A DNA stretch of 64,000 nucleotides, from positions 4,576,001 through 4,640,000 of the forward strand of contig OZ244207.1 in assembly GCA_965216875.1 (NCBI GenBank), written 5' to 3'. The notes beneath the pieces are model-generated. The model was not told the origin of the DNA, searched no databases, and saw nothing but the letters and a program-made list of their open reading frames with translations. The stretch is from Rubripirellula sp. GTDB lineage: Bacteria > Planctomycetota > Planctomycetia > Pirellulales > Pirellulaceae. Shown one piece after another: positions 45,917-56,430 of the stretch (positions are counted from its first letter, which is position 1; each line of letters opens with the position of its first letter). The position numbers and the translations under genes were made by a program.

Positions 45917-47593
45917 CCCGAATTATTCATGGGTTTTGAGATTTTGAGTTGCTGGGGTGATCGAGGTTGTTTTTCGGGGGCTGTGCCGAAGTCGGCGCGG
46001 AGGGCCCCTTACCCCAATGACCTGATTGGCCACGAGCGACTAGCGAGCGCTTCGATGGGGGCGATTAGTCGCTGGCATGGTAGGCCGCCAGTGCGACACT
46101 GACTCGGTGTAGGTGTCGCCAGTGAGGCCAAGAAGTTGGAACGAGAAGACGCACCTTGCGGCTAAGCAGTTCCACTCGCGCTGCCACTTTCACGACCAGT
46201 TTTCGCCAAGTCATCGCTTGCCCGCGACCCAATGGATCGTGTCGGCGATTGCGACTTCGGTGACGCTGCTTTTGAGGTGTTGGCAACGCCTCGAATGGAA
46301 GGTGGGTTGACGGATCGACCGGTTCATCCAGTGGGCTCGCAACGATCCTCCGTAGTCTCGCCAGCAAGTTGTAAGAGACACAGTGCAACATCATCCGGAA
46401 CAGATTCGCCATGTAGCGGTGGTCGCTCAGGCGGTCAGCGCAGAGGTCCACACTCAATTCTTTGTTTCGGTTTTCACTTTCGCCCCGATCCCCATACTCT
46501 TGATAGACTCCGTCGGGGTATTGCTCGGCGCCTGGACGATTGGTCACCACGACACGTCGGTTGGTTCCTTCGCTGGTCACTTCACATTTAAAGACCAAGT
46601 CACGTTCCCGTTTCCAGGTTCCAGCTTGATGTTTGCGGTGCATGAACCGACACTGCTCCTGTCCGGACGACTCGAATGCCAACTCGGCAACACACTTCAA
46701 TTCGTCCGTAAATCTCCGCATTAACCGGTCCATTTGGTAACCGATGCTATACGTCACTCCGGAGCGAGATTCCAGTGCCTCGTAGATGTAGGGTGTGGCG
46801 AAGCCGTTGTCGGCTCGCACATGCACCCGAACATCCGGGAACTTCTGACGCAACGCGTCGATGATTCGAAGCAGGTCATCGTCTGCGGCCAATGCAACAT
46901 TGGCCGTCCCATACAGCAAAACAGGGAGAACCACCTGTTGGTTTTCAGCACAAGTGATCACACGCTCCTGGTACATGTGCTGACGGTAAAACCCGTTGAA
47001 GAAGGTTAGTTGCTGGGCGCCGTGCGTGGCGTCGGCAAAGGTGTCGATATCAAGGGTGACCTCGGAGGGTGGCTCGTCAAACGACTCGACGAATGCCTTG
47101 ATGAACCAGTCCTCCAGAGCCAGCAGATCTCTCGGGGTGATCCCATTTTCAATTCTGGAGATGGTGGGCTGACTCGCCAAATCCCCCTCTTGAACCGTAC
47201 GCCCAGCGATCAACTTGAAGATAGGATCCGAGCGCAACGTGTCGTGATCGTCTTGGTCTTCGTAGCCAGCGATGATTCCAAAAACGCGCTGTCGAATAAC
47301 GCTCAAGAGAGAATGAGTCGGCTTGCGTCTGACTTCGCCGATGCAATTAGAAAACGATTCAGTCAGCCCGAGCTTATCGTCGAGTTCGCGGAACACCACG
47401 AGGCCACCATCGCAACTGACATGTTCGTCAACTTGCCGAACTTCAATCGTTCGCCCCGGGAAAAAGTCGAACAACGCTGGCTGTAAATCGTGTACCATTG
47501 GGGCGAGCCTTTTTGTGGGTCGTAAGTTGATGTCAGATACCAACTTGGACGCACGAAAGGCTCTTTTCGTTCAACTCTGATGAATAATTCGGG
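45917..47593 (-). mobile_element. Complete IS1380-family insertion sequence (1677 bp)
   Basis: 14-bp terminal inverted repeats CCCGAATTATTCAT / ATGAATAATTCGGG; 4-bp target duplication CTAG (45913-16 and 47594-97); single transposase ORF. Confidence 0.93.
46065..47543 (-). CDS. IS1380-family DDE transposase
   Basis: SCDGGLVVFRELD, GYEDQDDHDTLRSDP, LASQPTISRIEN, TLDID..HGAQQ, VRADNGF, YGDRGESENRNKEL; alternative ATG start at 47498. Confidence 0.93.
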   Translation of the reverse strand: MVSDINLRPTKRLAPMVHDLQPALFDFFPGRTIEVRQVDEHVSCDGGLVVFRELDDKLGLTESFSNCIGEVRRKPTHSLLSVIRQRVFGIIAGYEDQDDHDTLRSDPIFKLIAGRTVQEGDLASQPTISRIENGITPRDLLALEDWFIKAFVESFDEPPSEVTLDIDTFADATHGAQQLTFFNGFYRQHMYQERVITCAENQQVVLPVLLYGTANVALAADDDLLRIIDALRQKFPDVRVHVRADNGFATPYIYEALESRSGVTYSIGYQMDRLMRRFTDELKCVAELAFESSGQEQCRFMHRKHQAGTWKRERDLVFKCEVTSEGTNRRVVVTNRPGAEQYPDGVYQEYGDRGESENRNKELSVDLCADRLSDHRYMANLFRMMLHCVSYNLLARLRRIVASPLDEPVDPSTHLPFEALPTPQKQRHRSRNRRHDPLGRGQAMTWRKLVVKVAARVELLSRKVRLLVPTSWPHWRHLHRVSVALAAYHASD

Positions 47594-47635
47594 CTAGCGC
47601 GTTCGGCTCACTTGTGTAGTCAGCCCTTCGATCGC

Positions 47636-49096
47636 TCAATCATCGCCCTTGATTTCGTAGAGCTGCTCTTTCAACTTGGCAAAGAGTGATGGGTTTTGGT
47701 CGGCAACGTTGGTCGCTTCCGTCGGGTCGGCGTCCAAATCGACCAACACCCATGGTTCGCCAAACGGTTTTCCCTTGGGTTGTTGCCTGCCGCCACTGCC
47801 GTTGCCAGCGATCAATTTCCACTTGCCATCACGGATTGCAAACATGCCTGAAGCCGAATGGCAAATCAGCGGCGGACGATCGAAGGCTTCACTCGGGTCC
47901 TCCAACACCGGTGCAAAACTGAATGAGTCAGGACCGGCGCCGTTGGGCAAGTCAATTCCAATGTGATCGGCCAGCGTTGCCATCACATCGACAAGTCCGA
48001 CCACATGATCGACGCGCGTCCCGGCATGCTTGCGTTTCGGCAAACGCACAAAAAAGGGCACTCGATGGCCGGCTTCCCAGATATCTGCCTTGGTTCCTCT
48101 CCAAGTCGCGTTGGCGGTGTGATGCTCGGGACGAAACCCCTGGACGCTCTCATCATCGACATGATCTTTCGCAGCGTCGCCGAGTCGATGCATGAACGAG
48201 CCGTTGTCGCTGGTGACAATCACGATCGTATTGTCAGCCAATCCGTTTTGATCGATCGCCCCAAGCACACGTCCCACGACATCGTCGACCTGTTTCAAAA
48301 AGTCACCATAGGGTCCAAGCTCAGTCGTCCCCGCAAACCTTTCACTCGGCAGCACGGGTTTATGGGGCGCGGTGAGCGGAAAGTACAACAGCGTTGGCCG
48401 ATCATTTCCCTTCATCGTCTCGATGACATCGACCGCTTCGTCGGTCAGCCGGTCAAGGCAGCCGCGCATGTCAAAATCGACGGCCCGCGGCCCTCTTCGC
48501 AAAAAGGGGGGAAACGACTGGGCGGATTGCGACACGGTTTCAGTCGTCGTTGCTACGCCATTGTTGAAGTAAACGTAGGGCGGAAAATCGAGCGAAGCGG
48601 TGATGACGAACGAACGATCAAAGCCGACCGTTCCAGGATGATGATAGAGCGGCTTGGAGAGGTCCAAATCCTTTTCGCCACCATGCAGCCCCAGTCCAAG
48701 GTGCCACTTTCCGACGATCGCCGTCTCGTAGCCAGCTCCACCAAAGACGCTGCCAAGTGTCGGACGATCCTTGGCGACAAGTGGCTTGCCGTATCCGTTT
48801 AGGACACCTCGCTTGAGCTTTGTTCGCCAGCAATAACGTCCCGTCAACAGACCGTATCGTGTGGGCGTGCACACCGCCGAGGGCGTGTGGGCGTCGGTGA
48901 AGGTGATCCCTTCACTTGCGAGACGCTCGAAGGCCGGCGTTGCGATCTTCGAGGTTGGATTCAGTGGTGTGACATCGCCGTACCCAAGATCGTCGGCAAG
49001 TATCAAAACGATGTTGGGACGATCAGCAAAAAGCGGCGTTGCGCCAAGCGTGGTAATCGCAACGACGCACAGGGTGCGCAAAATCCGAATCGACAT
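47636..49096 (-). CDS. Formylglycine-dependent sulfatase (family S1)
   Basis: Signal peptide; PNIVLILADDLGYGD; CTPTRYGLLTGRY; GKWHLG; TSDNG; EAGHRVPF. Confidence 0.95.
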   Translation of the reverse strand: MSIRILRTLCVVAITTLGATPLFADRPNIVLILADDLGYGDVTPLNPTSKIATPAFERLASEGITFTDAHTPSAVCTPTRYGLLTGRYCWRTKLKRGVLNGYGKPLVAKDRPTLGSVFGGAGYETAIVGKWHLGLGLHGGEKDLDLSKPLYHHPGTVGFDRSFVITASLDFPPYVYFNNGVATTTETVSQSAQSFPPFLRRGPRAVDFDMRGCLDRLTDEAVDVIETMKGNDRPTLLYFPLTAPHKPVLPSERFAGTTELGPYGDFLKQVDDVVGRVLGAIDQNGLADNTIVIVTSDNGSFMHRLGDAAKDHVDDESVQGFRPEHHTANATWRGTKADIWEAGHRVPFFVRLPKRKHAGTRVDHVVGLVDVMATLADHIGIDLPNGAGPDSFSFAPVLEDPSEAFDRPPLICHSASGMFAIRDGKWKLIAGNGSGGRQQPKGKPFGEPWVLVDLDADPTEATNVADQNPSLFAKLKEQLYEIKGDD

Positions 49097-49241
49097 AGGT
49101 GAGTCCGTGGTGGCGGGAAGTTTTTTGGACAAGAAACTCGTCGAAAACAATAGATCGACGCGTCCCAACTTTCAAGTTCCCAGCCCCATCTCGAATCGTT
49201 TCACAGCAACAACTCTCGGGCTCTTGAGCTTTCGCTCCGTC

Positions 49242-50168
49242 CTATTCCGTCGGTACGAGTTTGTAGGCTCGCACGTAATCGTAGTAGGTGGTGTTCTTTG
49301 AATCGTCTTTCAGGTTTTCGAGCAGGGGAGTCTTTTCCCACGTGTAGATTTCGCAAACCAAGTTGACGAACATCGGTTGGTCAAATGGATCAGGACCTAA
49401 ATCCTGTGGTGCCTCGATCGAATAAACGTACTCGCCGTTGACGTAGAACTTCATCGTGTTGGCATCCACCCACCAACATCCGAACGTATAGAAGTCTTCA
49501 CTAACGCCGGTGGGCAACTCGAACCGATTCCCGCTTTTTGCGTGCCCCGTTTGTTTGAAGACTGGCTTGGCCTCCGCTTTCTTTTCATCGTCACCTGCTT
49601 CTTCCGATGCCTGCGGCACTCGTTCGTACTTGAACACGTGCGTGTTGCTCATCAAGTGATTCCCGAAGCTTGGCCAGCGCTGCGCGTTGCCAATACTCTC
49701 TTGAATATCGAGCTCGGTCAGCACATAAGAATCCTTGGTTTGATCAGCATGGTTTTTGAGCCAGAACGTCGACGACGTTGAAACCTCTGATGCTTTCATC
49801 CGACACTCGTAGTACCCAAAGCTCGCTTCGGCTGCTTTGGTTTGCACCGCGCCGCAGGCAATGTTGAAATCGCCGTCAGGTGGATCCAACACCGTGCTCT
49901 TGATTTGCAGGAAGCCGTCTTTGACAGAGATCGACGACGGAACGAACTTGCCGGGAACGCGCCCAACCCAACCAGGGTAGTGATCATGCCACTTGTCGCG
50001 ATCAAGTTCGGTGCCGTTGAATTCGTCGCTATACGGTGCGTTGAGTTCCCAGCGGAATCCCTCGGGCGCCATCGGCAATGTGGTTGCGCGCTCTTGTGCC
50101 GCAAGATCCTGTGAAACGAACAGGCAAAGGCCAACGCAGCAAACCAACCATTTCTGCACACGATTCAT
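49242..50168 (-). CDS. GH16 glycoside hydrolase, beta-porphyranase/agarase-like
   Basis: Signal peptide; SDEFNG; GYYECRMKAS..SSTFWL; catalytic ELDIQE; YDYVRAYK. Confidence 0.88.
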   Translation of the reverse strand: MNRVQKWLVCCVGLCLFVSQDLAAQERATTLPMAPEGFRWELNAPYSDEFNGTELDRDKWHDHYPGWVGRVPGKFVPSSISVKDGFLQIKSTVLDPPDGDFNIACGAVQTKAAEASFGYYECRMKASEVSTSSTFWLKNHADQTKDSYVLTELDIQESIGNAQRWPSFGNHLMSNTHVFKYERVPQASEEAGDDEKKAEAKPVFKQTGHAKSGNRFELPTGVSEDFYTFGCWWVDANTMKFYVNGEYVYSIEAPQDLGPDPFDQPMFVNLVCEIYTWEKTPLLENLKDDSKNTTYYDYVRAYKLVPTE

Positions 50169-50271
50169 TTTCTTAAACCACCTACATGATGCGAAGAAGA
50201 AGAGGAGACTTCGCATCATAGCCCGGTGATTCGACGCGTCTATGCGACTGTGCGCCAATGCTTGCGTGCCG

Positions 50272-52578
50272 CTACGGACTCAACGCTCGCAACGCGGCTC
50301 CCGAATTCCAATAAATCGTTTCATTGACGCGATCAAAGTCGTACTTCGCGCGACGATTGCAACTGGGTCGCCCCTTGAAGTGCTCGCGAACCATCGATCG
50401 ATAGGTGGGCTGATCCGGCGTCGACTCGCGGTAGGCGTCTTTCTGTAGGCCGATCGAATCAAATGGGATCGTAGGCATCCAATCGGGCTTGGGTTGGCGT
50501 GGCCGAAAGTCGAGCCGATCCGGGTCGACGAACGCCGATTGAAACTCCGGTGCGGAAAGCTCGCGTGTGCCGCGAAATTCCCAGCCAATTTGCTTGGGCG
50601 CCTTGGGGCTCAAATAGGTCGGTCCTTCCGACATCTGATACGCGATCGTGTTTTGAACATCGAGTTCAATGGGATAGAAACGCAGATGATGGTTCGTTTC
50701 GTCTTGGTTCATCACCTTGGCGAACGTCGGAAAGGTCTCTTTCCAATACGGATCGTTCCAACCCTTTTCACCAACAACCTGTTCCGTTCTCCAAACGTAG
50801 TCGTGCTTATCGCCACGGGGCAGATCGCCGGAATCAAACTTCGTTTTCATCTCGATCAACTTGTTGATGTCGCCGATCACACGCACCCAAACGCCTTGGT
50901 GTCCCTTGATGAAGATATTGTCGTGGATGGTAAGCCCCGTCCCTCCGTTGACCGCGAGTGATCCGTAACCTGCCTTGTAGAAAATGTTCCCAATCACGCT
51001 TCGGCCACTGTCGTGGTCGTCAAGCATGATGCCACTGCGCGTCATCAGACCGTCGGTCGACATGATGTGGTGCAAGAAGTTGTGCTGGATCGTTGACCCA
51101 TATCCCCAAAACTGGGCGCCGGAATAGATCGTCGCGCCGTCGCCTTCCTCAAACCCAATATTGAACAATTCGTTGCGCTCGATCATGTGGTTGTTCCCCT
51201 TAAATGTCACCGCTTGGCCGGGCAAATTGTGCATCAAGTTGTTGGCAAACCGATTTCCGGCCCCCGTGATTCCCACGCTCGCCGTCGATCCGGTCAATTG
51301 GTCCATAAAGAAATGGCAATTGACGATTTCGTTTTCGCCGTCAGCAATGTTGTCGCGATGAGTCTTACCGCCACCGAGCAGCGCGAAACTGCGCACGTCG
51401 TAGACATCGCAACTTTGCATCCGATTGCGATTGCCGGAAACGTTAACGGCGCGAACGTCGCAGTTTCGAATCACGCAACCGGCCAACACATTGTCCTCGC
51501 CGCCCAGTGCAACCGCACAATCGGAAGCGACGCCTTCGATCGTAAACCCTTCGACTCGAACGTGCTTTGCATCAACAATATCGATCGCTTTGTTGGAGGC
51601 CGCCACCAGCAGGGACGCATTCGCATCGGCCAAATCCACAACAGGCCAAACGAACAATTCGTTGTTATCGGTGTCAAAGTACCATTCGCCTGGTTGGTCA
51701 AGCTCGCAAAGCAAGTTGCGAACCGACAGACGCGACTGAAAGCGATCCACCATCTCTTCGAGACCGTACCGACTTTGCGTCATGTACTGGATCTTTCCGT
51801 CAGCGGTTGTCGATGCGATTGGCATGGTTTCTCGGTACCACTGCGCGCTGATGTAACCGGTGGCATACACGCGTCGAGAGTGCTTGATTTCGTCAGTCCA
51901 TTGTTGCCAAGTTGCTGACGGTGACTCTCGCAGCGTAAACAAGGCACCGTTTGGACTGTCGTGCGTTCCCTTGACCGGATCGCTCTGCCAGCGAGTGCCC
52001 TCGTCAGCGACCAACAGATCGCGTGCATGCGCAAAGCCAATATTGGGAAACCGTGCCAACATCAAAACGCGACCATCCTGCATCAACATGGCGCGACTGC
52101 TTCGGCTTCGCAAAACCTTGAGCAATGCCGGATCGGATACGACCGTCGAATGGACACTTCCACGTGCGAGCTTGTTTAGCCTCCCTAGAGAAGCGTCCTT
52201 CGTCACGAGGCGAAACGAAGAAGCGCTCAGTTCGAGCGCCCCGTCAAGGATCGCCGCGTGTGGCTCGGCACTTCGAATGATCATTGGCGCGAGGGCCGTG
52301 CCGCTGTCGACGGCCGAGAGACGCAACGTTTTGCTGACTCGATAACGTCCTGGCTGGACAGTGATGGTGACCGGCACTTCCGACGAGCTCGCACGACGAA
52401 GCAGCCGCGCATGATCGCGAGCATCATGCAACGTCGAGAAGGGTCGTTGGCGAGAACCATCCGGTTCGCCTTCATAACGAGCTGCCGAATCAACAAACAG
52501 CTCGGCAGACTGCACCGGCGTGATGGCTCCAACGGAAACGAACAGGAGAACAAACAGCAACGGGAAACTTCGAAACAT
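50272..52578 (-). CDS. Secreted right-handed parallel beta-helix protein (putative polysaccharide-active enzyme)
   Basis: Signal peptide; GSRQRPFSTL, VQPGRY, LARFPN, ELDQPGEWYFD; Asn-ladder repeats; DGATIY. Confidence 0.85.
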   Translation of the reverse strand: MFRSFPLLFVLLFVSVGAITPVQSAELFVDSAARYEGEPDGSRQRPFSTLHDARDHARLLRRASSSEVPVTITVQPGRYRVSKTLRLSAVDSGTALAPMIIRSAEPHAAILDGALELSASSFRLVTKDASLGRLNKLARGSVHSTVVSDPALLKVLRSRSSRAMLMQDGRVLMLARFPNIGFAHARDLLVADEGTRWQSDPVKGTHDSPNGALFTLRESPSATWQQWTDEIKHSRRVYATGYISAQWYRETMPIASTTADGKIQYMTQSRYGLEEMVDRFQSRLSVRNLLCELDQPGEWYFDTDNNELFVWPVVDLADANASLLVAASNKAIDIVDAKHVRVEGFTIEGVASDCAVALGGEDNVLAGCVIRNCDVRAVNVSGNRNRMQSCDVYDVRSFALLGGGKTHRDNIADGENEIVNCHFFMDQLTGSTASVGITGAGNRFANNLMHNLPGQAVTFKGNNHMIERNELFNIGFEEGDGATIYSGAQFWGYGSTIQHNFLHHIMSTDGLMTRSGIMLDDHDSGRSVIGNIFYKAGYGSLAVNGGTGLTIHDNIFIKGHQGVWVRVIGDINKLIEMKTKFDSGDLPRGDKHDYVWRTEQVVGEKGWNDPYWKETFPTFAKVMNQDETNHHLRFYPIELDVQNTIAYQMSEGPTYLSPKAPKQIGWEFRGTRELSAPEFQSAFVDPDRLDFRPRQPKPDWMPTIPFDSIGLQKDAYRESTPDQPTYRSMVREHFKGRPSCNRRAKYDFDRVNETIYWNSGAALRALSP

Positions 52579-52887
52579 CGGTCAGGATCACAGGGGAACG
52601 GCATGCAACAACACTTGCGCGTTGGGGAAGCTCGCATGCCTCTTGAGGCAACATATACTGGGGGCAAAACGCTTTTGGGGGGACCAGACAACGCAGCGTT
52701 AACGTGAAGGGCGTCTGGCAGGTTCAAGGAAAACAGCGAAAGTGACCTTGCGCGTTTCCTGTCGGCAGAGGTGGTGGCCGCAGAAGGATGCCAATGTAGT
52801 CATCGACGCGAGTTTGCCTAGGTGCCCGTCTTGTCACACCGGCGCAACCGAGCCCGTCGCGACCGAAGGCGAGCGGTCAGCACGGTT

Positions 52888-52946
52888 CGTAGTCCCGCCT
52901 TCAGGTGGAACGAGAGAAGATTCCGCCTAAAGGCGGGACGACGAAC
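52888..52946. repeat. GTAGTCCCGCC-family inverted REP pair
   Basis: GTAGTCCCGCCTTCAGGTGG ... CCGCCTAAAGGCGGGACGAC. Confidence 0.75.
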
Positions 52947-52956
52947 GGCAAAGCGT

Positions 52957-55368
52957 TCACTTGGCTTCCATCCCGAGCGCCTCTCGCAGTAGACCGATGA
53001 CGAGCGATGTCGAATTGTTGGGAACTTGGAAGTGAGTGACTTGGTGTTGGTAGCGTTCAACGGGATTGAAACCCTCGTTCCAAAGCTTGACCAACTCCCG
53101 CTCGGTTTCCGAACCATAAACAGGAAAGCCAACCTCCAAGACTTCCAGTGTTCGCTTGGTCGCCAGGTCGATGTAGCGTTGGCCTCTCAACTGCTCAAAC
53201 GGTATCCAGTCAACTCGGTACGCAACAGGATCGAGCCCAAAGTTTTTTCCATAGATCGTCATGTCGTCCGCAATTCGGAACCAAGGCGTTCGGTCAAAGG
53301 AACGCCACTGTGTGATCAAGGAGGTACGAGTCGACTCAAGTCGCAATCGTTCGGATGGAATTTGCTCGTAAAGAGCAAGCAACTCGGGATTGGGACCACT
53401 TTGCGCCGCCAGCGCATAGAGCGCGTCAACCGCGTGCCTTTCACTCGGCTCAGCGATGCGTTGGGTTTCGAGTGGCGATTCGGTCCCATCGAGAACGCCC
53501 TCCCGAATCACGGTCGCCCATTTGAGGAACACGGCGATGGCAGCATGCTGCAATTCCAATTGTTCTTGTGGCGAAGCCGAGTCGAAAAGCTCTCTCCCTT
53601 CGACAGTTTTCGCGCCACCATGTAGCGCAGCGAGGTACTCGGCGGCATCATCAAACGCGACATAATCCCCCAAACTCTCTGCTGTCAGTTCTTGCTCCAG
53701 CATTTCAAGATGCTCGTCGACCGAGTCGATCTCCTCGAACAGGACAACACCCATTCGAGGCTGCAACCTCGTATTGGTTTGCGACCACGCAAGTCGAGGG
53801 TTTCCTTGGAACGCATCGATCGCAGGACCGGTCTTTGCCAACATTTCGGTGCGCCATGCGGTCAACTCGGGCGGTGTCGTTCGCAAACGATCGACCCCAA
53901 TCGCAAGGACCGGCATGAGCAGTGCGAGCAACGTGAACGCCACAACGCGGGTTGCGTACCCAGCATCAACACGCCCTTTAAGCCACCGGTCCGTGAGCCA
54001 CCAAGTCGCCAGCAACAGAACGGGAGCCATCAACATTGGCGCCCATTCGTATTCGATATAGAGGGACAAGACCATCAGCAGCGGAATGGAACTGATCAAA
54101 GCGAACGAAGGTGCTCCAAAGAACACGAGCACGGGGCGTTTCATCCATTGGCTGATGACTTGACCGAAAGCAAAACTGACAACAATCATGACTGGAAATA
54201 ACCAATCGATCTCGTCACCCCTGCGATCGGCCGCGACGACCGAAAGGCAGCCGGCCGAAACGACAATGAGTACGGCAATGCTGATCACCGGAATCAGTTG
54301 ACGCGTCCACCAGACACGCGTCGGAGAGACTCCGCGGTCAGAAAAGAAGATGCAGCGCTGTCGGACGTTATCGCTATAGAACGTCAGACCGCCAATCCAG
54401 CTCGCTGCGATCGCCACAATCAGCGGCGCAAAGGCACCCACGACTGCGAGAGCTTGATTCTGAGCATTTCCGTGCCGGTTAACCTGCAGATTCAGTGAAA
54501 AGAGATAGACCGATACCGACGCGACGACGACCAGTGCGACGCAGGGATAAAAGACCTGACGATGCGATTGCCAAAGCAGTGCCTTGGTGATCGACGGATG
54601 CCCCAACCCGATTCGGGCTGGCGGTCGGTACGGCCGAACCGTCGACGGCTCGCCAGACGCCTTGAACCTTTTCTTGCCATCAATGGAAGTGAGTCGGCGG
54701 CGGCCGAGCAATCGTTGAACGCCCCACAAAACGCTCAACGCTGCTAGGCCAGCCGCGACTAATTTGACGATCGTTGCGTGCCGATGGAGCTGCGAAATCC
54801 CGTTGTCATCGCGAGAAAGCCAGTCGCCCGTCTCGAGTGCAACCAGATTCAACACGATGATGATGGGGATCAACGTGATCAGTGCCGCAATGGGTGACCG
54901 AAACAAGTAGGCCGTCGAAAACCCGGTGATCAACAGCAAGACGCTGAAGAACATCAAGTGCAAGACGCCTGAAACTGCACTCAGTTCTCGCGTCATGCTC
55001 GTCGTGTTGCTAACCGACGGCAACATCATCGCATACATCAACGACGCTGCGAGCCAAGTGATCCCAACGCCGCCCAACGCGACCACAAACTTGGAATCAA
55101 CAATCTCCGACCAACGAACCGGAAGGGTCCGAAGCCAAGACAATGTGCCACTTTCCTCTTCGCCCCCAACGAGCAACGCCGGTGCACCAAGCGCGACCAA
55201 GTTGGGCATCAAAACCCAAATGCTGGTGAACGCCGTCGATGGGCTCGATGAATCAAAAAAGTGAAACACGAGTACGACCAGATTCATCACCAGCGTCCCC
55301 GCCACCGCTGCAATCACGAGCGAGCGGATCGAGGCTGCATCTTTCCAGAGCAATTGTTTTGTGAACAT
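52957..55368 (-). CDS. ABC-2-type transporter permease (two membrane domains plus C-terminal soluble domain)
   Basis: LLWKD; GGEEESGTLSWLRTLPV..IVDSK; second repeat ALLWQ...DRGVSPTRVWWTR. Confidence 0.85.
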   Translation of the reverse strand: MFTKQLLWKDAASIRSLVIAAVAGTLVMNLVVLVFHFFDSSSPSTAFTSIWVLMPNLVALGAPALLVGGEEESGTLSWLRTLPVRWSEIVDSKFVVALGGVGITWLAASLMYAMMLPSVSNTTSMTRELSAVSGVLHLMFFSVLLLITGFSTAYLFRSPIAALITLIPIIIVLNLVALETGDWLSRDDNGISQLHRHATIVKLVAAGLAALSVLWGVQRLLGRRRLTSIDGKKRFKASGEPSTVRPYRPPARIGLGHPSITKALLWQSHRQVFYPCVALVVVASVSVYLFSLNLQVNRHGNAQNQALAVVGAFAPLIVAIAASWIGGLTFYSDNVRQRCIFFSDRGVSPTRVWWTRQLIPVISIAVLIVVSAGCLSVVAADRRGDEIDWLFPVMIVVSFAFGQVISQWMKRPVLVFFGAPSFALISSIPLLMVLSLYIEYEWAPMLMAPVLLLATWWLTDRWLKGRVDAGYATRVVAFTLLALLMPVLAIGVDRLRTTPPELTAWRTEMLAKTGPAIDAFQGNPRLAWSQTNTRLQPRMGVVLFEEIDSVDEHLEMLEQELTAESLGDYVAFDDAAEYLAALHGGAKTVEGRELFDSASPQEQLELQHAAIAVFLKWATVIREGVLDGTESPLETQRIAEPSERHAVDALYALAAQSGPNPELLALYEQIPSERLRLESTRTSLITQWRSFDRTPWFRIADDMTIYGKNFGLDPVAYRVDWIPFEQLRGQRYIDLATKRTLEVLEVGFPVYGSETERELVKLWNEGFNPVERYQHQVTHFQVPNNSTSLVIGLLREALGMEAK

Positions 55369-55381
55369 GCTTTGATTCCCC

Positions 55382-56371
55382 TCAATGCGCTGTCGATTCA
55401 GCTGGCTGAGACACATCGTCACGATGCGGCTTTGAAAACCCGTTTCCACCGCGACCGGCAAGCTGTTCTTCGGGCCGGTAAGCGCGTGAATCGCACACCG
55501 CGACAAAGACCTCTTCAAGCGTCGCACGTTCGCAATGCAAGTTCGTCACGCCAGACGACGCGTCATATTCAGTCGCCCAATCCTCGGGCAAGTCTTGAAC
55601 AACCCAACGCAATTGCCGCGCGTTTCGCGACTCGGTAAGAACGTTGGCTCTCGGCAAAGCGATCGTGGCGGCTGGGTCGTCAAGCGTTGCCGTAATGATC
55701 GATGTCTTTTCCCGCAATTCCTCGAGCGGCTGAACGATCTTCAAACGGCCTTGGTGAAGGATTGCAACCCAATCGGCGACCCGTTCCACTTCCGAGATTT
55801 GGTGGCTGCTTAACAAGACCGTGCGTCCCAACGCGGCCCGATCAACCATCGATTCGAGGAATTGCCGGCGGACCATCGGGTCAAGTCCGCTGGTCGGCTC
55901 ATCAAGAATCAATAGCTTGGGATCGTGTGCCGTTGCCAGCGCGAGTGCGACCTTGGCACGCTGCCCCTTACTCAGGTTCTTAATGCGAATCCCGGTCGGG
56001 ATGTCGAACTCAGCCATTAATTCCAAATAGCGATGTGGGAACTTGGAATCGTAAAAGGCCGATGTAAACCAACCGATCTCTTCGGCCGTCATCCAGTCGT
56101 AAAGCGCTGGCGCATCCGACACATAGCCGATCCGTTTTCGTATCTCCATGCCCGCTTTCGCACAAGAATGCTCCAGCACGGATGCCTGCCCAACATCGGG
56201 TTTGGTGAACCCGGTCAGAATTCGAATCATCGTTGTCTTACCGGCGCCGTTCTCGCCAAGCAACGCAAAAACGACGCCCGCGGGGATTTCCAGATTGACT
56301 CGGTTCAATGCGGTAACGTGCCCAAACGATTTCGTAACGTTTTCTAAAGTGATGACGGGAGAGTTGTCCAT
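55382..56371 (-). CDS. ABC transporter ATP-binding protein (YtrB-like)
   Basis: GENGAGKTT, LSKGQ, LILDEPTSGLDP, SSH. Confidence 0.95.
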   Translation of the reverse strand: MDNSPVITLENVTKSFGHVTALNRVNLEIPAGVVFALLGENGAGKTTMIRILTGFTKPDVGQASVLEHSCAKAGMEIRKRIGYVSDAPALYDWMTAEEIGWFTSAFYDSKFPHRYLELMAEFDIPTGIRIKNLSKGQRAKVALALATAHDPKLLILDEPTSGLDPMVRRQFLESMVDRAALGRTVLLSSHQISEVERVADWVAILHQGRLKIVQPLEELREKTSIITATLDDPAATIALPRANVLTESRNARQLRWVVQDLPEDWATEYDASSGVTNLHCERATLEEVFVAVCDSRAYRPEEQLAGRGGNGFSKPHRDDVSQPAESTAH

Positions 56372-56430
56372 GAGTGATGCCTGCTAAGAAAAGTTTTGTG
56401 CGGTAGGTCGATGAAACTTCAACATGCTCA

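Noticed and set aside
52665..52677. LacI/cre-like operator CAAAACGCTTTTG upstream of the glycan cluster
   Set aside because: Only the core matches, the promoter geometry is unconvincing and no LacI regulator is in the window; too weak to call
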